Source: Octopus bimaculoides (lineage: Eukaryota). From it: a stretch of DNA of 38,295 bases. The stretch is taken from NCBI RefSeq assembly GCF_001194135.2, contig NC_068987.1:33775589-33813883 (forward strand), in the 5' to 3' direction. This document shows, piece after piece, positions 11,441 to 23,699 of this stretch. The number at the start of each line of letters is the position of its first letter. Within the stretch, counting starts at the first letter, position 1. Under the pieces are notes generated by a model. The model was given only the letters and a program-made list of their open reading frames with translations. It made no database searches and was not told the DNA's origin. The position numbers and the translations under genes are program-made.

Positions 11441-13734
11441 ATACCTATAGTTTTTTAATAGAAAGTAGCATATTCCCTAATGAGCAAAAGTGATGTAAAC
11501 GTGGATCTTATGGTTGTAAAGATCAGCTACTCATAAATAAGATGATCTTAGAAGATTGTCACAAGCGACACAAAAACTTGTCAATAGCCTGGACAGACTA
11601 TATAAAGGCCTTTGATAGCCTACCACATAGCTGGATTAGGAAATGTCTGGAAATGTATAAAATAGCTCCTACAATGCGAAACCTTTTATCTGTAAGTATG
11701 AGATCATGGAGAACCAGACTGACGTTGAACAATGACAATGGATCTCTAAATGCTGGAGATGTAAGAATTTCATGTGGCATTTTCCAGAGTGACTCCCTAT
11801 CACCACTTCGCTTCTGTCTAACCCTAATACCGATCTCAAAATTGCTCAATGATGCACGGTATGGTTATAAAATATTTGATAAAAATATAAATCATCTCAT
11901 TTACAGGGATGAATTAAAGCTCTTTGCCAAAAATGACCAACAACTTAAAGGCCTACTAAAAATTGTTAAACAATTCAGTGATACATCAGGATGCAATTTG
12001 GCCTTGATAAATGTGCAAAAGCTACCTTTATCAAAAGAAAAATGACAAAAACATCTAATGTGAACCTTGCCCAACAAAATGTCATAAAAGAGTTAGAACC
12101 AGCGGAGAGCTACAAATACGTAGGGGTAATTGAAGGGGACAATATCAAGCATTCAGTGATGAGGGAAAGGATCAGAAGAGAATGTTATCGCAGGGTGAGA
12201 GCAATACTGGAGACAGACCTGAACTCGAGAAACAGAATCGAAGCGATCAATGCTCTAGCCATACCAGTCGTGACTTACAGTTTCAATATTGTTAACTGGT
12301 CAATTACTGAAATATGTAATATTGACAGAAAAATACGAAAACTGTTGACAATGCATAGAATGCACCACCCTTAGGCAGATATAGAACGTCTTTATCTGCC
12401 AAGAAAAGAGGGAGGCCGAGGACTTCTACAGCTGGCATTAACAATGAAGGTAGCCACAATTGGCCTAGACAACTATCTGAAACACTCTGAGGACTGGATG
12501 CTAAAACTTGTCTCAAAACATGAAAGCAAGAAAGCATCTTACTCAGTAACAAAACAGGCAAAAGACTATCTAAGTGAGTTCCAATTNNNNNNNNNNNNNN
12601 NNNNNNNNNNNNNNNNNNNNNNNNNNNNNNNNNNNNNNNNNNNNNNNNNNNNNNNNNNNNNNNNNNNNNNNNNNNNNNNNNNNNNNNNNNNNNNNNNNNN
12701 NNNNNNNNNNNNNNNNNNNNNNNNNNNNNNNNNNNNNNNNNNNNNNNNNNNNNNNNNNNNNNNNNNNNNNNNNNNNNNNNNNNNNNNNNNNNNNNNNNNN
12801 NNNNNNNNNNNNNNNNNNNNNNNNNNNNNNNNNNNNNNNNNNNNNNNNNNNNNNNNNNNNNNNNNNNNNNNNNNNNNNNNNNNNNNNNNNNNNNNNNNNN
12901 NNNNNNNNNNNNNNNNNNNNNNNNNNNNNNNNNNNNNNNNNNNNNNNNNNNNNNNNNNNNNNNNNNNNNNNNNNNNNNNNNNNNNNNNNNNNNNNNNNNN
13001 NNNNNNNNNNNNNNNNNNNNNNNNNNNNNNNNNNNNNNNNNNNNNNNNNNNNNNNNNNNNNNNNNNNNNNNNNNNNNNNNNNNNNNNNNNNNNNNNNNNN
13101 NNNNNNNNNNNNNNNNNNNNNNNNNNNNNNNNNNNNNNNNNNNNNNNNNNNNNNNNNNNNNNNNNNNNNNNNNNNNNNNNNNNNNNNNNNNNNNNNNNNN
13201 NNNNNNNNNNNNNNNNNNNNNNNNNNNNNNNNNNNNNNNNNNNNNNNNNNNNNNNNNNNNNNNNNNNNNNNNNNNNNNNNNNNNNNNNNNNNNNNNNNNN
13301 NNNNNNNNNNNNNNNNNNNNNNNNNNNNNNNNNNNNNNNNNNNNNNNNNNNNNNNNNNNNNNNNNNNNNNNNNNNNNNNNNNNNNNNNNNNNNNNNNNNN
13401 NNNNNNNNNNNNNNNNNNNNNNNNNNNNNNNNNNNNNNNNNNNNNNNNNNNNNNNNNNNNNNNNNNNNNNNNNNNNNNNNNNNNNNNNNNNNNNNNNNNN
13501 NNNNNNNNNGCCCATATCCTACGTAAAATACTGTCTATGTGATCTCAAATTTTAAAACAAACACATAATTTGCTTATGATTTCTTAAACATTCACTAGAA
13601 CAAAACTGTACAGATCCAAATATATGGTACCCTAGTTATAACACCTACATGAACTTCTAACTTGTTGTCTCTTGAGGTCTCTGGGTGAGACTTGGATCCA
13701 ACTTGTACAAATGCAAAACAAAAGTCAAACATAA
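11441..13734 (+). mobile_element. 5'-truncated R4/Dong-like element with an RT domain, 3' UTR type B (gap 12587-13509); defective
   Basis: [51 protein letters not shown] (YMDD to YRDE), [22 protein letters not shown]. After the gap, AHILRKILSM* and a UTR sharing ~80 identical nt with 11111-11193. Confidence 0.88.

Positions 13735-13793
<59 letters not shown>
13735..13793. repeat. (AAT)n array
   Basis: Directly visible. Confidence 0.97.
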
Positions 13794-13799
13794 AGTATT

Positions 13800-15290
13800 C
13801 AAAGTTTGATACTTAATCATAGTGCTAAGCATCTGCCCAGTAGCTACTTCGTCTGCTGAAAATCTGCTTTCCAAAGTACACAGTATAGGTATCAATGTCA
13901 CCGCTTGTAGGCTGGCATTCCAGGAAGAACAGGATTCGTAAGTGCTATTAGAAAACCGCATCTAATTGTGTGGAACCACAGTGTTGATACTGTCGCAGTT
14001 TGTCATAGACCGCATCCTAGCTTTGTTATCACGCTGCACTTGAACCATCCAAATTCACCCAACTGCTTTCGTATCCTCGTGCTTCAGTGCACGGCCCGAA
14101 AATTGATAATGTATGCTTTGTATTTCTCGTCGAAGAAATAATCCAGAGCTATTCTCACCGCTAGTAGGTTATTTGCTTTGACAATGATCCTTCTATGAAC
14201 TTCTACTAAATGGCTAATTAATTCCACCTAAATTCTACTATTCGCTGCACTTAACGCACGACTAAATCGAAACGGTACTATTCTATTCTTTTCTCTTTAC
14301 CCGAAAGAACATTCCCTTGATGTTGGTACCAACCAACTTTCGTTTAACTAGTTTGCTGCACCGGTATCTACTAGTCTTTCAATATGGTTTAACTAAAGGC
14401 TACATCGTTTAAGAAACTCCCTAAGATCGTAGAGTCCTTGCTTTCATGTTGACCCAAGCGCATGCAAATTTATACTATCTACATTTACTAAAACCATTAA
14501 GTAGGAAAAGAAAATCACCCGCGTAAGGGGAGAGGCAGGTCAGTTACTATACACTTGCATTTCGGGAATCTCTGTGTGCCCTCTACAATCCTTTTCCCTA
14601 ATATATTTTCAAATGTTCTCACGTGATTTGGAAAAATATTTCTCAAGAATTTCATAAAATTATGTTGTGTTTCACACTAGAGATCGCCTTTGTGGGGTAC
14701 TTGATAACGTTAAATCGCCGAAGAATCGTAGCAATTAAATATTTTGCCTTTACTGGAGTGAACGTTCTCCACCAACTCTTCGTCTCTAATCGGAGTAGTA
14801 TCTAACGGAAACGCTTACCAGTAAGTTGTGTCTTTAGATTTTGTCAGCTTTGTAATTCCTGTTGTTTTTGACTTTGTTCATTTACCCGGTGTTGTCTTTT
14901 ACTATTGTTTTGTCTGATCTTGTTGATCTTATACTTGGTTTTGATAACGTTGTTCCTGTTCTAGATGTTGCAGGCTGTTGTTTTGCTTCTTATTATAACA
15001 ATGCTTGCTGTACTGTATTTTTCTGAGAATGCTTGTGTTGCATTGCTGTCGATGTGGTTACTATTACTGCTGTGTTCGTTGTCTTTTTCGTAGTTGTGGC
15101 TTTCCATTTTTTGCCACATATATTTTGTAAGAAGTTTGTTTTACTAATTTGTTTGTTTAGGTTTTCAAACCAACAAATTTTGTTTGTCCCATATTTCTTA
15201 TATTTTAACGGAGTTCGTAAAATGTACCAGTCTGACAAATGTGTGTTTTTTGTCTCCTTTAAATATCAGTGATTGTCAAGCCTAGATAGA
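13800..15290 (-). mobile_element. Very decayed LINE-like relic (ORF1-like Thr/Lys-rich tail followed by a possible APE start)
   Basis: Knuckle-like remnant near 15130-15200 (KICWF...NFLQ), an AC-rich tail, then stop-riddled coding-like sequence. The APE assignment is weak. Confidence 0.28.
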
Positions 15291-15299
15291 ATATTGCGA

Positions 15300-15700
15300 A
15301 CCTTTGCTCAGTAGTTTTTGTTTCTTGATAGTATTAATACTGTTCTTGTACTGCATCTCATTATTTCTTTCATTGATGATGTTGATAGTGGTGGCAGTGT
15401 GCAGATTCGCTCCTGCAGATTCCCTTTTTATATATGTAGAGGCAGAATCTTTCTATCTTTTCTGTTGCTGTCGTTTCTGCTATTAATTCGGTGACAGATT
15501 ATTTAGAATTCGTTATAGTAATGGTCTGTGACGTTATATTTCATTGCATTTGCATAGGAAAGAAAACCTGCTGTTGGCGCGTTCTGCTATAAATGTAACA
15601 GGCAGTTTTCTCCTGCTCTTCGAACCGTAATTGGTCCAGGATATCACTTAAATCGTAACTTCCAAAGTCCTTAGGAAATCAAGAGACATACTAATTAATT
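15300..15700 (-). mobile_element. ORF1-like relic
   Basis: KLPVTFIAERANSRFSFLCKCNEI* followed by a low-complexity tail; layout similar to 1440-2130. Confidence 0.28.
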
Positions 15701-16479
15701 CTTCAACAGAGCCTCCAACCATTACCACTTTTCTTTTCTGGTTTTGATGGCATGTGTGTCAGAGGCTTGTGTTTTCGTCTCCTCTCTTACCAACTATTAA
15801 GAAAGCAATACATTCTTGAGATGTGCAAGTGTTGGATGCCACAACTTGCTCTAACATCGGCGTTACAAACGCCAATGCCTCTCTCGTGATGTCTACATCA
15901 TGTTGAACACACTACCATGGAAAAAAAAATCATGTAGTTATTTTTCTACTTGTGCCGAACTGGAATAACATTATTCTTTCGTTTTTGTAAATGCATTTAT
16001 AAACAATATTACACTTTTCGTTTTGGGTTTTTTTCATCTCTTCAATTGGAAGTTTCATGAATATCGAGCTCGTAATATCGCATTTATATTTTTAAATGTA
16101 TTCTTCCTTCCGATCTACTGACTACATAATCCACTCACTGCTGCCTGTGACAATAAATAACATTGTCGTTCTGATCTCGTAGTTGATATTGTTATTTTTG
16201 TCGTTATCATTTTTTATTGATGTTTTTTGTCTTGTTTTGATTTTACCTTCAAAATCAGAAGCTGACACGGTTTTTTTCGCTCTGACAAAGTCTGGTGTTG
16301 TTATAAGTACAGAAGAAGTGTTACTAGTAAGAGGCTTTCCTGACATATTCATCGCTCCTCCACCCTCCCTCCATTTCCCATTGAAACCTTCTGTCATTTC
16401 CTGTGCATTACATACTTGAGTGATGAATACAATTGTATCAAAAGTACACACGTTATTTTGGAAATAAAACATACAATTA

Positions 16480-16850
16480 TGTAAAATAAAATTTGAACAA
16501 AACAACTGCATACCACCCATCACGATGGAAATACAAAACGAAAAAGTCACCAACAGAAGCAGGTTTTTCTTTTATATCGGAGACATACATTGTAAATCAA
16601 ATACACTTCAGTTTCTGGGGAAAATTGTGAAAAAAAATTGTGAAAAGTACAAACTAACAACAGTAATATCTATATCATCATCATCATCATCATCATCAGC
16701 TGCTGCTGCAGCAGCATCAACAGCAACAGCAATAACAGTAGGAGTAGCAATAAGAACAATAACGATGACGACAACAACAAAAGCAACAACAGCAACAAAA
16801 ATAATAATTCATCAGAAACAAGCAAATAGAATAAATTGCGAAAACTCTGG
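16480..16850 (+). mobile_element. ORF1-like relic
   Basis: CIPPITMEIQNEKVT...HCKSNTLQFLGKIVKKNCEK, then an S/A/T-rich run; resembles a decayed GHI.KNC knuckle end. Confidence 0.28.
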
Positions 16851-17249
16851 CGAGCAGGTAGAGCGCAATGTGTAAAAAGAGGTCGATGGAATTCAGTTTC
16901 CTACTAAGCAAGTGCAGTGAAGTGACACAAATAGAGTTCAAATGCAGGCAAGGTAATTTGAGCGAATTGTGCAAATGGATGATAGTAGCATATGTAAAGT
17001 CGTTTGCACATAAATATAACGGTATTGTAATTACAATTGTAATTACACACGTATTCTAAAGAGATTTCTCCATAAAGGCATGAAAAACATGAAGAAGGCG
17101 CATAGTAAAAACATAAAATAGCCGTGTGGATATGAAGAAAGCCGAAATAATTCAGAAAATTAGGAACACTTATCTTAATCTGCTCAAAGAGAGGGTATAT
17201 GATATCCCGTTGCAAAAGAGCGGTTCTCCTTGATTTTTGTGCTGTCCGA

Positions 17250-18450
17250 TAATATGTTACAATCATTATTTACATATACCAGCACAGCTCTTGTTAGTAT
17301 CATTTCGAAAGAGATGTCGCTAGAAACTACAATTTCATCAACAATTCCGCGAGATTAAGTGTGGACGGAAGAGACGCTCGAAGACATAATTAGGGGACTG
17401 AGCATGTGATCTGAAGCGTTTCGATATGTGGCTATTTAGTCCGACCACCAGCCAGAATCCACAATACATTGAATCGATGAAAACACTGAAAACGAGTACT
17501 AAATCGGGCTGCCATAAGAAGAAAAAAAACCTACTAGCGGAGGCCATCCAAGCAAATCTTTCTATTGACGTAATCTGATTAGAGCCTACCAAAATCAGGT
17601 TTGAGATCTGACCTAACTGCGATATATTGCGTGAGGTGCAGTTTGTTTTGGTTAAATTTGGTTTGCGATTGTCTACATTTCTCTTTTCGAGAGAACGCTC
17701 ACGGCAAGTTTGGCCGAAGCTTTTTATTAATACCTGGCCGAAATCTAAAATACTGAATGTAGTAGAGTTATGAGCCGGCCATCATGAATTGCTTCTCCTT
17801 TGAAATATTTTGCTCAGTTGTGTCACTGATCCCTGTCTCACAAGATTGGTGATATACTTCTGCTGTTAGTTGCAATAGATGGTTGCCTAGACGTTGGCGA
17901 ACGAGATTTGCATACATACAAAGCTCTTAGAGTAGATGATGCAGGCTATGTTAGCTGTACTTTGTAGGATCCATCACGAAAGTCTGTAACTCAGCTGTTG
18001 TTGGTTTTTCGTAGCGATCGGCATCTTCAACCAAGATACAAGATAACCGGTGAAAGTGTTGATCATTTTGCTGCTGAAAAACCACAAAATATCTGGGAAT
18101 TAATTATAAAATATGGTTTCTTTTCTACCGTATAAAACTAGAGAACTGTTCCTGCGAAGTATTTGGCGTTTGTCTATTTTTAGTGCTGTAACTTGTAGGT
18201 TAGTGGTAGCTGTGAAGTTGTTAGTAGTCGTAATGTTGACCATTTAAGGGATGTTGTTGCTGATGTAGAGTCTTCCTCGTCATGCACTGCATTAACAGAT
18301 TTGATATTACTATTCTGATTGTTGATGATGTAGTAGCTGTAAATGTTGAAGTGGCGGCGTGGTAACCGCTGCCATGTTTTTATATCTTTATTTTTTTTCT
18401 AAACAAAACTCAGAATTTCTGCAAATTTTTCGTCCGACAGAGAGAAGAAA
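17250..18450 (-). mobile_element. Very decayed LINE-like relic (ORF1-like tail, possible APE start)
   Basis: LSVGRKICRNSEFC near 18400, a Thr-rich tail, then downstream VFSVFIDSMYCGFWLVVGLN...FRSHAQSPN.VFERL, loosely like an L1/Tx1 endonuclease segment. Confidence 0.28.
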
Positions 18451-18579
18451 CGAAGCCACTGAGTTCAATAGCATACAACTACGATAAAAAAGTTTGCAGA
18501 TATGCACATTATACATATAAATAAGAAACGCACGTAAAGCACCTGTGTGCGTGTTTAGCACAACGAACAATAATAATAA

Positions 18580-19250
18580 TCAAGACTATTCTAAATTTAG
18601 CCCAACGCCGGCAATTTTCAGGTGAGATCGTTTACACTGACCTCAGTGCTCAAATTGTCCTTTACTTTATCGACTTTGAAAAAAGAAAAGGCTGCATATG
18701 AACACAGAATGAGACAGGCTGATAGGAAGTGCACCTTAACACTTTGGTCAGCGAGGTTGCGATCCTGCTAGCTCACCATCTCATTAATAATAACTATATT
18801 TCATTTTAATTAATTATTAGACCAGCAATTTTAGTGCGAGGTTGTAAATTAATTACATCAACAGCAGTATTCAGAGGTACGTTTTTTTGTCGACCTAAAA
18901 ACGATGGAAGGCAAAGTTGACTTAGGTAGGATTTTGAAATTAAAACATAAAAAAGGTGGTGATGGTGGTGGTAGGAGATAAAAAATTGTCAGCTCACCAC
19001 TTCAATAATAATAATTATTAATATTATTATGACAATAATAATGTTTATTGATTTATGGATGTGACTTACAACTTTGCGCACAAGGAATTAATGCATACAC
19101 CCACCACAATATTTGAGCGGTGCTTGTTTAACAGACCTCGAAATGATGAATGGCAAATTTGCAAGAGGCGGTATTTGAATCAGAATGTAAAACTCATATA
19201 CAAATAAGGCGAAGTGATTATTCCGTCGCCCTAATGGTTCTGCGAAACTT
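18580..19250 (-). mobile_element. Three decayed SINE type I fragments in tandem (18580-18695, 18817-18948, 19068-19250)
   Basis: Each shows remnants of gcaatttt...gatt(t)aca...cagt...gtac...tcgac...gaaaggcaaagt...atttgaa as in 25751-25979. Confidence 0.55.
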
Positions 19251-19286
19251 TTGACATCAAAGAAAAAAAAAATTAAAAAAGTAACA

Positions 19287-19376
19287 TAATAATTATTATT
19301 ATTCAGGTTACTGGCTGGAATCGAACGCGGAATCTTGCGGTTAGTAGCCCGCGATCTTAACTTGCGCTATATGCCT
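19287..19376 (-). mobile_element. Minimal tRNA-derived SINE (~73-nt tRNA-like body plus AAT tail)
   Basis: Minus strand AGGCATATAGCGCAAGTTAAGATCGCGGGCTACTAACCGCAAGATTCCGCGTTCGATTCCAGCCAGTAACCTG-AATAATAATAAT. B-box GTTCGATTC and a degenerate A-box; no convincing acceptor stem. Confidence 0.65.
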
Positions 19377-19377
19377 A

Positions 19378-19546
19378 CGGGAATATTACATACAGAAAAT
19401 AGCACTACTATTCACAGAAAGAATAATCGGGAAGGTATTGAATTGCTGAAAAGGACATATAGCATGGTATCGTATGTTGCAAGTGGCAAGCCCGCTTCAC
19501 ATGCAAGACTCCAGGAGCTCCAACAAAGCCAGTGATAAAAAGAAAC
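19378..19546 (+). mobile_element. Tiny 3' fragment of an RLE element, 3' UTR type C
   Basis: IQKIALLFTERIIGKVLNC*, then a UTR with gcaagcccgct...aagactccagga.ctccaaca shared with 22390-22466; followed by (AAT)n. Confidence 0.75.
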
Positions 19547-19585
19547 AATAATAACAACAACAACAATAATAATAATAATGATAAT

Positions 19586-19660
<75 letters not shown>
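19547..19660. repeat. (AAC/AAT)n array
   Basis: Directly visible. Confidence 0.97.
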
Positions 19661-19662
<2 letters not shown>

Positions 19663-20203
19663 ATGCCCTGATGCAGTTCTACACACTAGCTCTTATGACT
19701 TCTGATCTTAACTGATTGTAAGTGCTATCATGTACATGTTTTGCCTTAGTATAAAAGATGGGCTACAGTAAATATTGTGCTGAATACCACATATTTTCAT
19801 GTCAGTTGTTTCACCTTAACCAGTCGAGCATGTCCTTCAGTGACTGATGATATGCGCATCTCTGATCTGGTGGGGGTGTATTATGCCTATGTGTTGAGAG
19901 ATTTTCTTTGGAGTTTGAATAATTCACTTCTAGAAACATTGGTGCTTCGATCAACATCCTTAAAAAACACTTGCTCAAGGACTATTTGAATGGGATGAGT
20001 TACTCGACATGAATAAAATACTAACTGGGCCCGATCTACAAGTTCATGCGCTGTTTATCTTGATATGAGATCACCATGTCCGCACACATATGATTGTGAT
20101 GCAGGTGGCTTGTGTCCCCATATCAGACGGATTTTCATAATGTGTATACTGAGCTTCATTTTACCCCAGTGTCACTGATGGCTTTCGCTGCTCTCTTACT
20201 CAG
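19661..20203 (+). mobile_element. ~540-bp non-coding interspersed element bounded by (AAT)n on both sides
   Basis: The first half is repeated at 9003-9270. It ends ...ctctcttactcag into aat repeats. No tRNA boxes or RT motifs seen. Confidence 0.65.
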
Positions 20204-20235
20204 TAATAACAATAATAATAATGATGATGACGGTC

Positions 20236-20268
<33 letters not shown>

Positions 20269-20332
20269 GTGATGGTGATGGTGATGATGATGATGATGAT
20301 GATGATGATGGTGGTGATGATGATAATGATGA

Positions 20333-20404
<72 letters not shown>

Positions 20405-20427
20405 CATTAATAAAAATAATTATTATT
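20204..20427. repeat. Compound microsatellite (AAT)-(GAT/GGT)n-(ATT)n
   Basis: Directly visible. Confidence 0.95.
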
Positions 20428-20469
20428 GTGCGCCAACGATATTGAAAAGGGAAATGCCGCATCTAACCT

Positions 20470-22466
20470 TAGAACAAAAACGTGCCTTCCGCTAATGAGG
20501 AAACTAATGTAAGGTACTTTGGCCGGTGGACTGTATATATACCTGGAAAACAGTGGGCGGTTACCTATTGAACAAAGCGTGTACCGAAAGAGGAGCCGGG
20601 AAATGAAGGATCAGCTCTTAATTGATAATCTAATTATCAGGAACTGGAAGAGATGACACACACATCTTAGCATGACATGAGTTGACTATCGGAAAGCATA
20701 CGATATAGCACCACACTTCTGCATGATAAAAACAATGAAAATGTATGGAGTAGCAGAAAATATGAGAAGCCTTATATGGAATCGTATGAAATGCTAGGGA
20801 ACGGAATTGACTGCAGGGTATCAAGTATTAGGAGAGGTGAAAATCAAGAGAGCTATCATCCAGGGGGACAACGTGTCCCCTCTGATCTTCATGCTGGGAA
20901 TGATCCTCTTGAGTGAAATACTACAGAAAACAAAGTTGGAGTATGATCTGAGAAGATGTAAGGGAAAACTGAAACACTTGCTATTCATGGACGACCCGAA
21001 GCTATTCACAAGAACTTAGGCAGAACTGGACAGCGTAGTTCAGTTTGTGGGGATTTTCTCCAATGATATTAAGATGGAGTTTGAACTCTGAAGATGTGAT
21101 ACGATGGTGATGAGACGAGGAAAGGTTTTCAGAACAGAAGGTATACGGCTGCCAAATAGTGAGATGATGAAAGCAATACGACATCAATTCAGCTATGAAT
21201 ACCTGGGAATACTTGAGGCAGATGGAATCAAGCACTTTGACATGAAGGAAAAGACAAAGTGAGTACCTATGGCGAGTGAGAAAAATATTGGCTTCAAAGC
21301 TAAATGCTAGAAATAATTTCGGCAATATAAACCCAGTAGATCAGTATGGGGCTGGAATCCTGAAGTGGTCAGAGGAGGAATTAAAGGAGATGGGCAAGAA
21401 GTCAAGAAAGTTTCCAACAATGCATGGTGCCCATCATCCACGTGCGGACACTGATCGCCTATACATGAAGAGAGCAAATGGAGGAAGGTGACTGATAAGT
21501 GTGAAAGACTATGTGCGTATCGAACTCGAGTGTTTAAAGAGCCCAAAGTAAGAAAACCTTGCTAGTGACAGTTAGGAACGCGTGAGTATTGAAACCAGAG
21601 AAAAAAGGCAAAACAAAGAAAGAAGTGAAAAAATGACATGAAAAATAATTATGTAAGAAGGGACTACACAATTAGTTCCATACAGCCACGACTGAAGTTG
21701 CTGAGAAAAATAGGTGGAAGAGGATGGAGAAGGAGCCCTAAAAAAGAGACCGAGAGGACTATACGTATGGCGCAAGACCAAACTACGGCCACGAACTGGA
21801 AGGTCAGCCTCAGGAATGAGCAAGTTCTCCGCTGTGCTGCATCTGCAATAGAGTGGATGAAACAGTTGTCCATATCACGAATGAATGCCCTAGACTTGCA
21901 CCGAACCACTACAGATAGCGGCGACAGAATCATGTAGCGAAAGAGCTACCTAGGAAACTGTGGGAGAAGTGTTGGCCAGTGAGAGCCAAGACGAGGTATG
22001 AGCACAAACCGCAGACAGTGACGAAGTCGGAGACTAGCAAAACCCTCTGGTATTTCCCAATCCAAACAGATCAAGTGCTAGACCATAACAAACTGGACGT
22101 AGTGGTGGTCGACAAGATGCACCACATATGCTACATAGCTGAGTTGCATGCCCATCGGGCCCATGAAGAGTCAAGAAGGACGGCGAAAAGATAGATAAAT
22201 ACAACCCTCATACGTACGAAATATCCCAGCTATGGAAAATGTAGAAGGGGAAGGTAGTTGGCAGCAGTATGAAAAGGCATCAAGGAGAATATAAGTGAAA
22301 TTGGAATATAGTGCCTAGTAGAATTCTTACAAAAGTTTTGCCTCCTTCGTACGGCCAGAATAATCAGGAAAATATTAAACAGCTGAAAAGTACGGATAAC
22401 ATGTTAGTGTAGCCTACAGGTAGCAAGCCCGCTAGGCATGTAAGACTCCAGGAACTCCAACAGAGA
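20470..22466 (+). mobile_element. 5'-truncated RLE non-LTR element (RT to 3' UTR type C); defective
   Basis: MKDQLLIDN, VDYRKAYD..PH, IIQGDNVSPL, HLLFMDDPKLF, YEYLGI, HHPRADTDRLY, CCICNRVDETVVHITNEC (intact CCHC), TDQVLDHNKLDVVVVD, LLRTARIIRKILNS*. Many stops and frameshifts; ends in (AAT)n. Confidence 0.88.
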
Positions 22467-22540
<74 letters not shown>

Positions 22541-22545
22541 TAGTA

Positions 22546-22586
<41 letters not shown>
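22467..22586. repeat. (AAT)n array running into a gap
   Basis: Directly visible. Confidence 0.97.
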
Positions 22587-23361
22587 NNNNNNNNNNNNNN
22601 NNNNNNNNNNNNNNNNNNNNNNNNNNNNNNNNNNNNNNNNNNNNNNNNNNNNNNNNNNNNNNNNNNNNNNNNNNNNNNNNNNNNNNNNNNNNNNNNNNNN
22701 NNNNNNNNNNNNNNNNNNNNNNNNNNNNNNNNNNNNNNNNNNNNNNNNNNNNNNNNNNNNNNNNNNNNNNNNNNNNNNNNNNNNNNNNNNNNNNNNNNNN
22801 NNNNNNNNNNNNNNNNNNNNNNNNNNNNNNNNNNNNNNNNNNNNNNNNNNNNNNNNNNNNNNNNNNNNNNNNNNNNNNNNNNNNNNNNNNNNNNNNNNNN
22901 NNNNNNNNNNNNNNNNNNNNNNNNNNNNNNNNNNNNNNNNNNNNNNNNNNNNNNNNNNNNNNNNNNNNNNNNNNNNNNNNNNNNNNNNNNNNNNNNNNNN
23001 NNNNNNNNNNNNNNNNNNNNNNNNNNNNNNNNNNNNNNNNNNNNNNNNNNNNNNNNNNNNNNNNNNNNNNNNNNNNNNNNNNNNNNNNNNNNNNNNNNNN
23101 NNNNNNNNNNNNNNNNNNNNNNNNNNNNNNNNNNNNNNNNNNNNNNNNNNNNNNNNNNNNNNNNNNNNNNNNNNNNNNNNNNNNNNNNNNNNNNNNNNNN
23201 NNNNNNNNNNNNNNNNNNNNNNNNNNNNNNNNNNNNNNNNNNNNNNNNNNNNNNNNNNNNNNNNNNNNNNNNNNNNNNNNNNNNNNNNNNNNNNNNNNNN
23301 NNNNNNNNNNNNNNNNNNNNNNNNNNNNNNNNNNNNNNNNNNNNNNNNNNNNNNNNNNNNN

Positions 23362-23610
23362 TATCATAGTAGGTGCCTTAGGTATAATAAAAAAAATATT
23401 CAGACAAATACATAACAAAAACACCAGGACTAACAAATATATATAACATACAGAAAATTGCACTACTGGGTACTGCACACATTCTACGCAAAACACTTTC
23501 AATACAGTAAGCATAAGAGCACCACAGCAAACCACAGCACATACCCAAGGCGCACAGAGCTGCGCTCGGTAGTGAAGTGAAAGCACGTTATAAAAATAAA
23601 ACTACTGAAC
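23362..23610 (+). mobile_element. 3' end of an RLE element, 3' UTR type A
   Basis: IIVGALGIIKKYSDKYITKTPGLTNIYNIQKIALLGTAHILRKTLSIQ* plus type A UTR, then (AAT)n. Confidence 0.9.
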
Positions 23611-23657
<47 letters not shown>

Positions 23658-23680
23658 CACCACCACCAACAACAACAACA
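23611..23680. repeat. (AAT)n-(CAC)n-(CAA)n array
   Basis: Directly visible. Confidence 0.95.
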
Positions 23681-23699
23681 GGAAAAAGAGGGTATAGGC

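Noticed and set aside
19304-19376. Functional tRNA gene
   Set aside because: No 7-bp acceptor stem and a degenerate D-arm; the AAT tail indicates a retroposed copy. The same applies to the SINE heads at 25900-25979 and 34819-34890.
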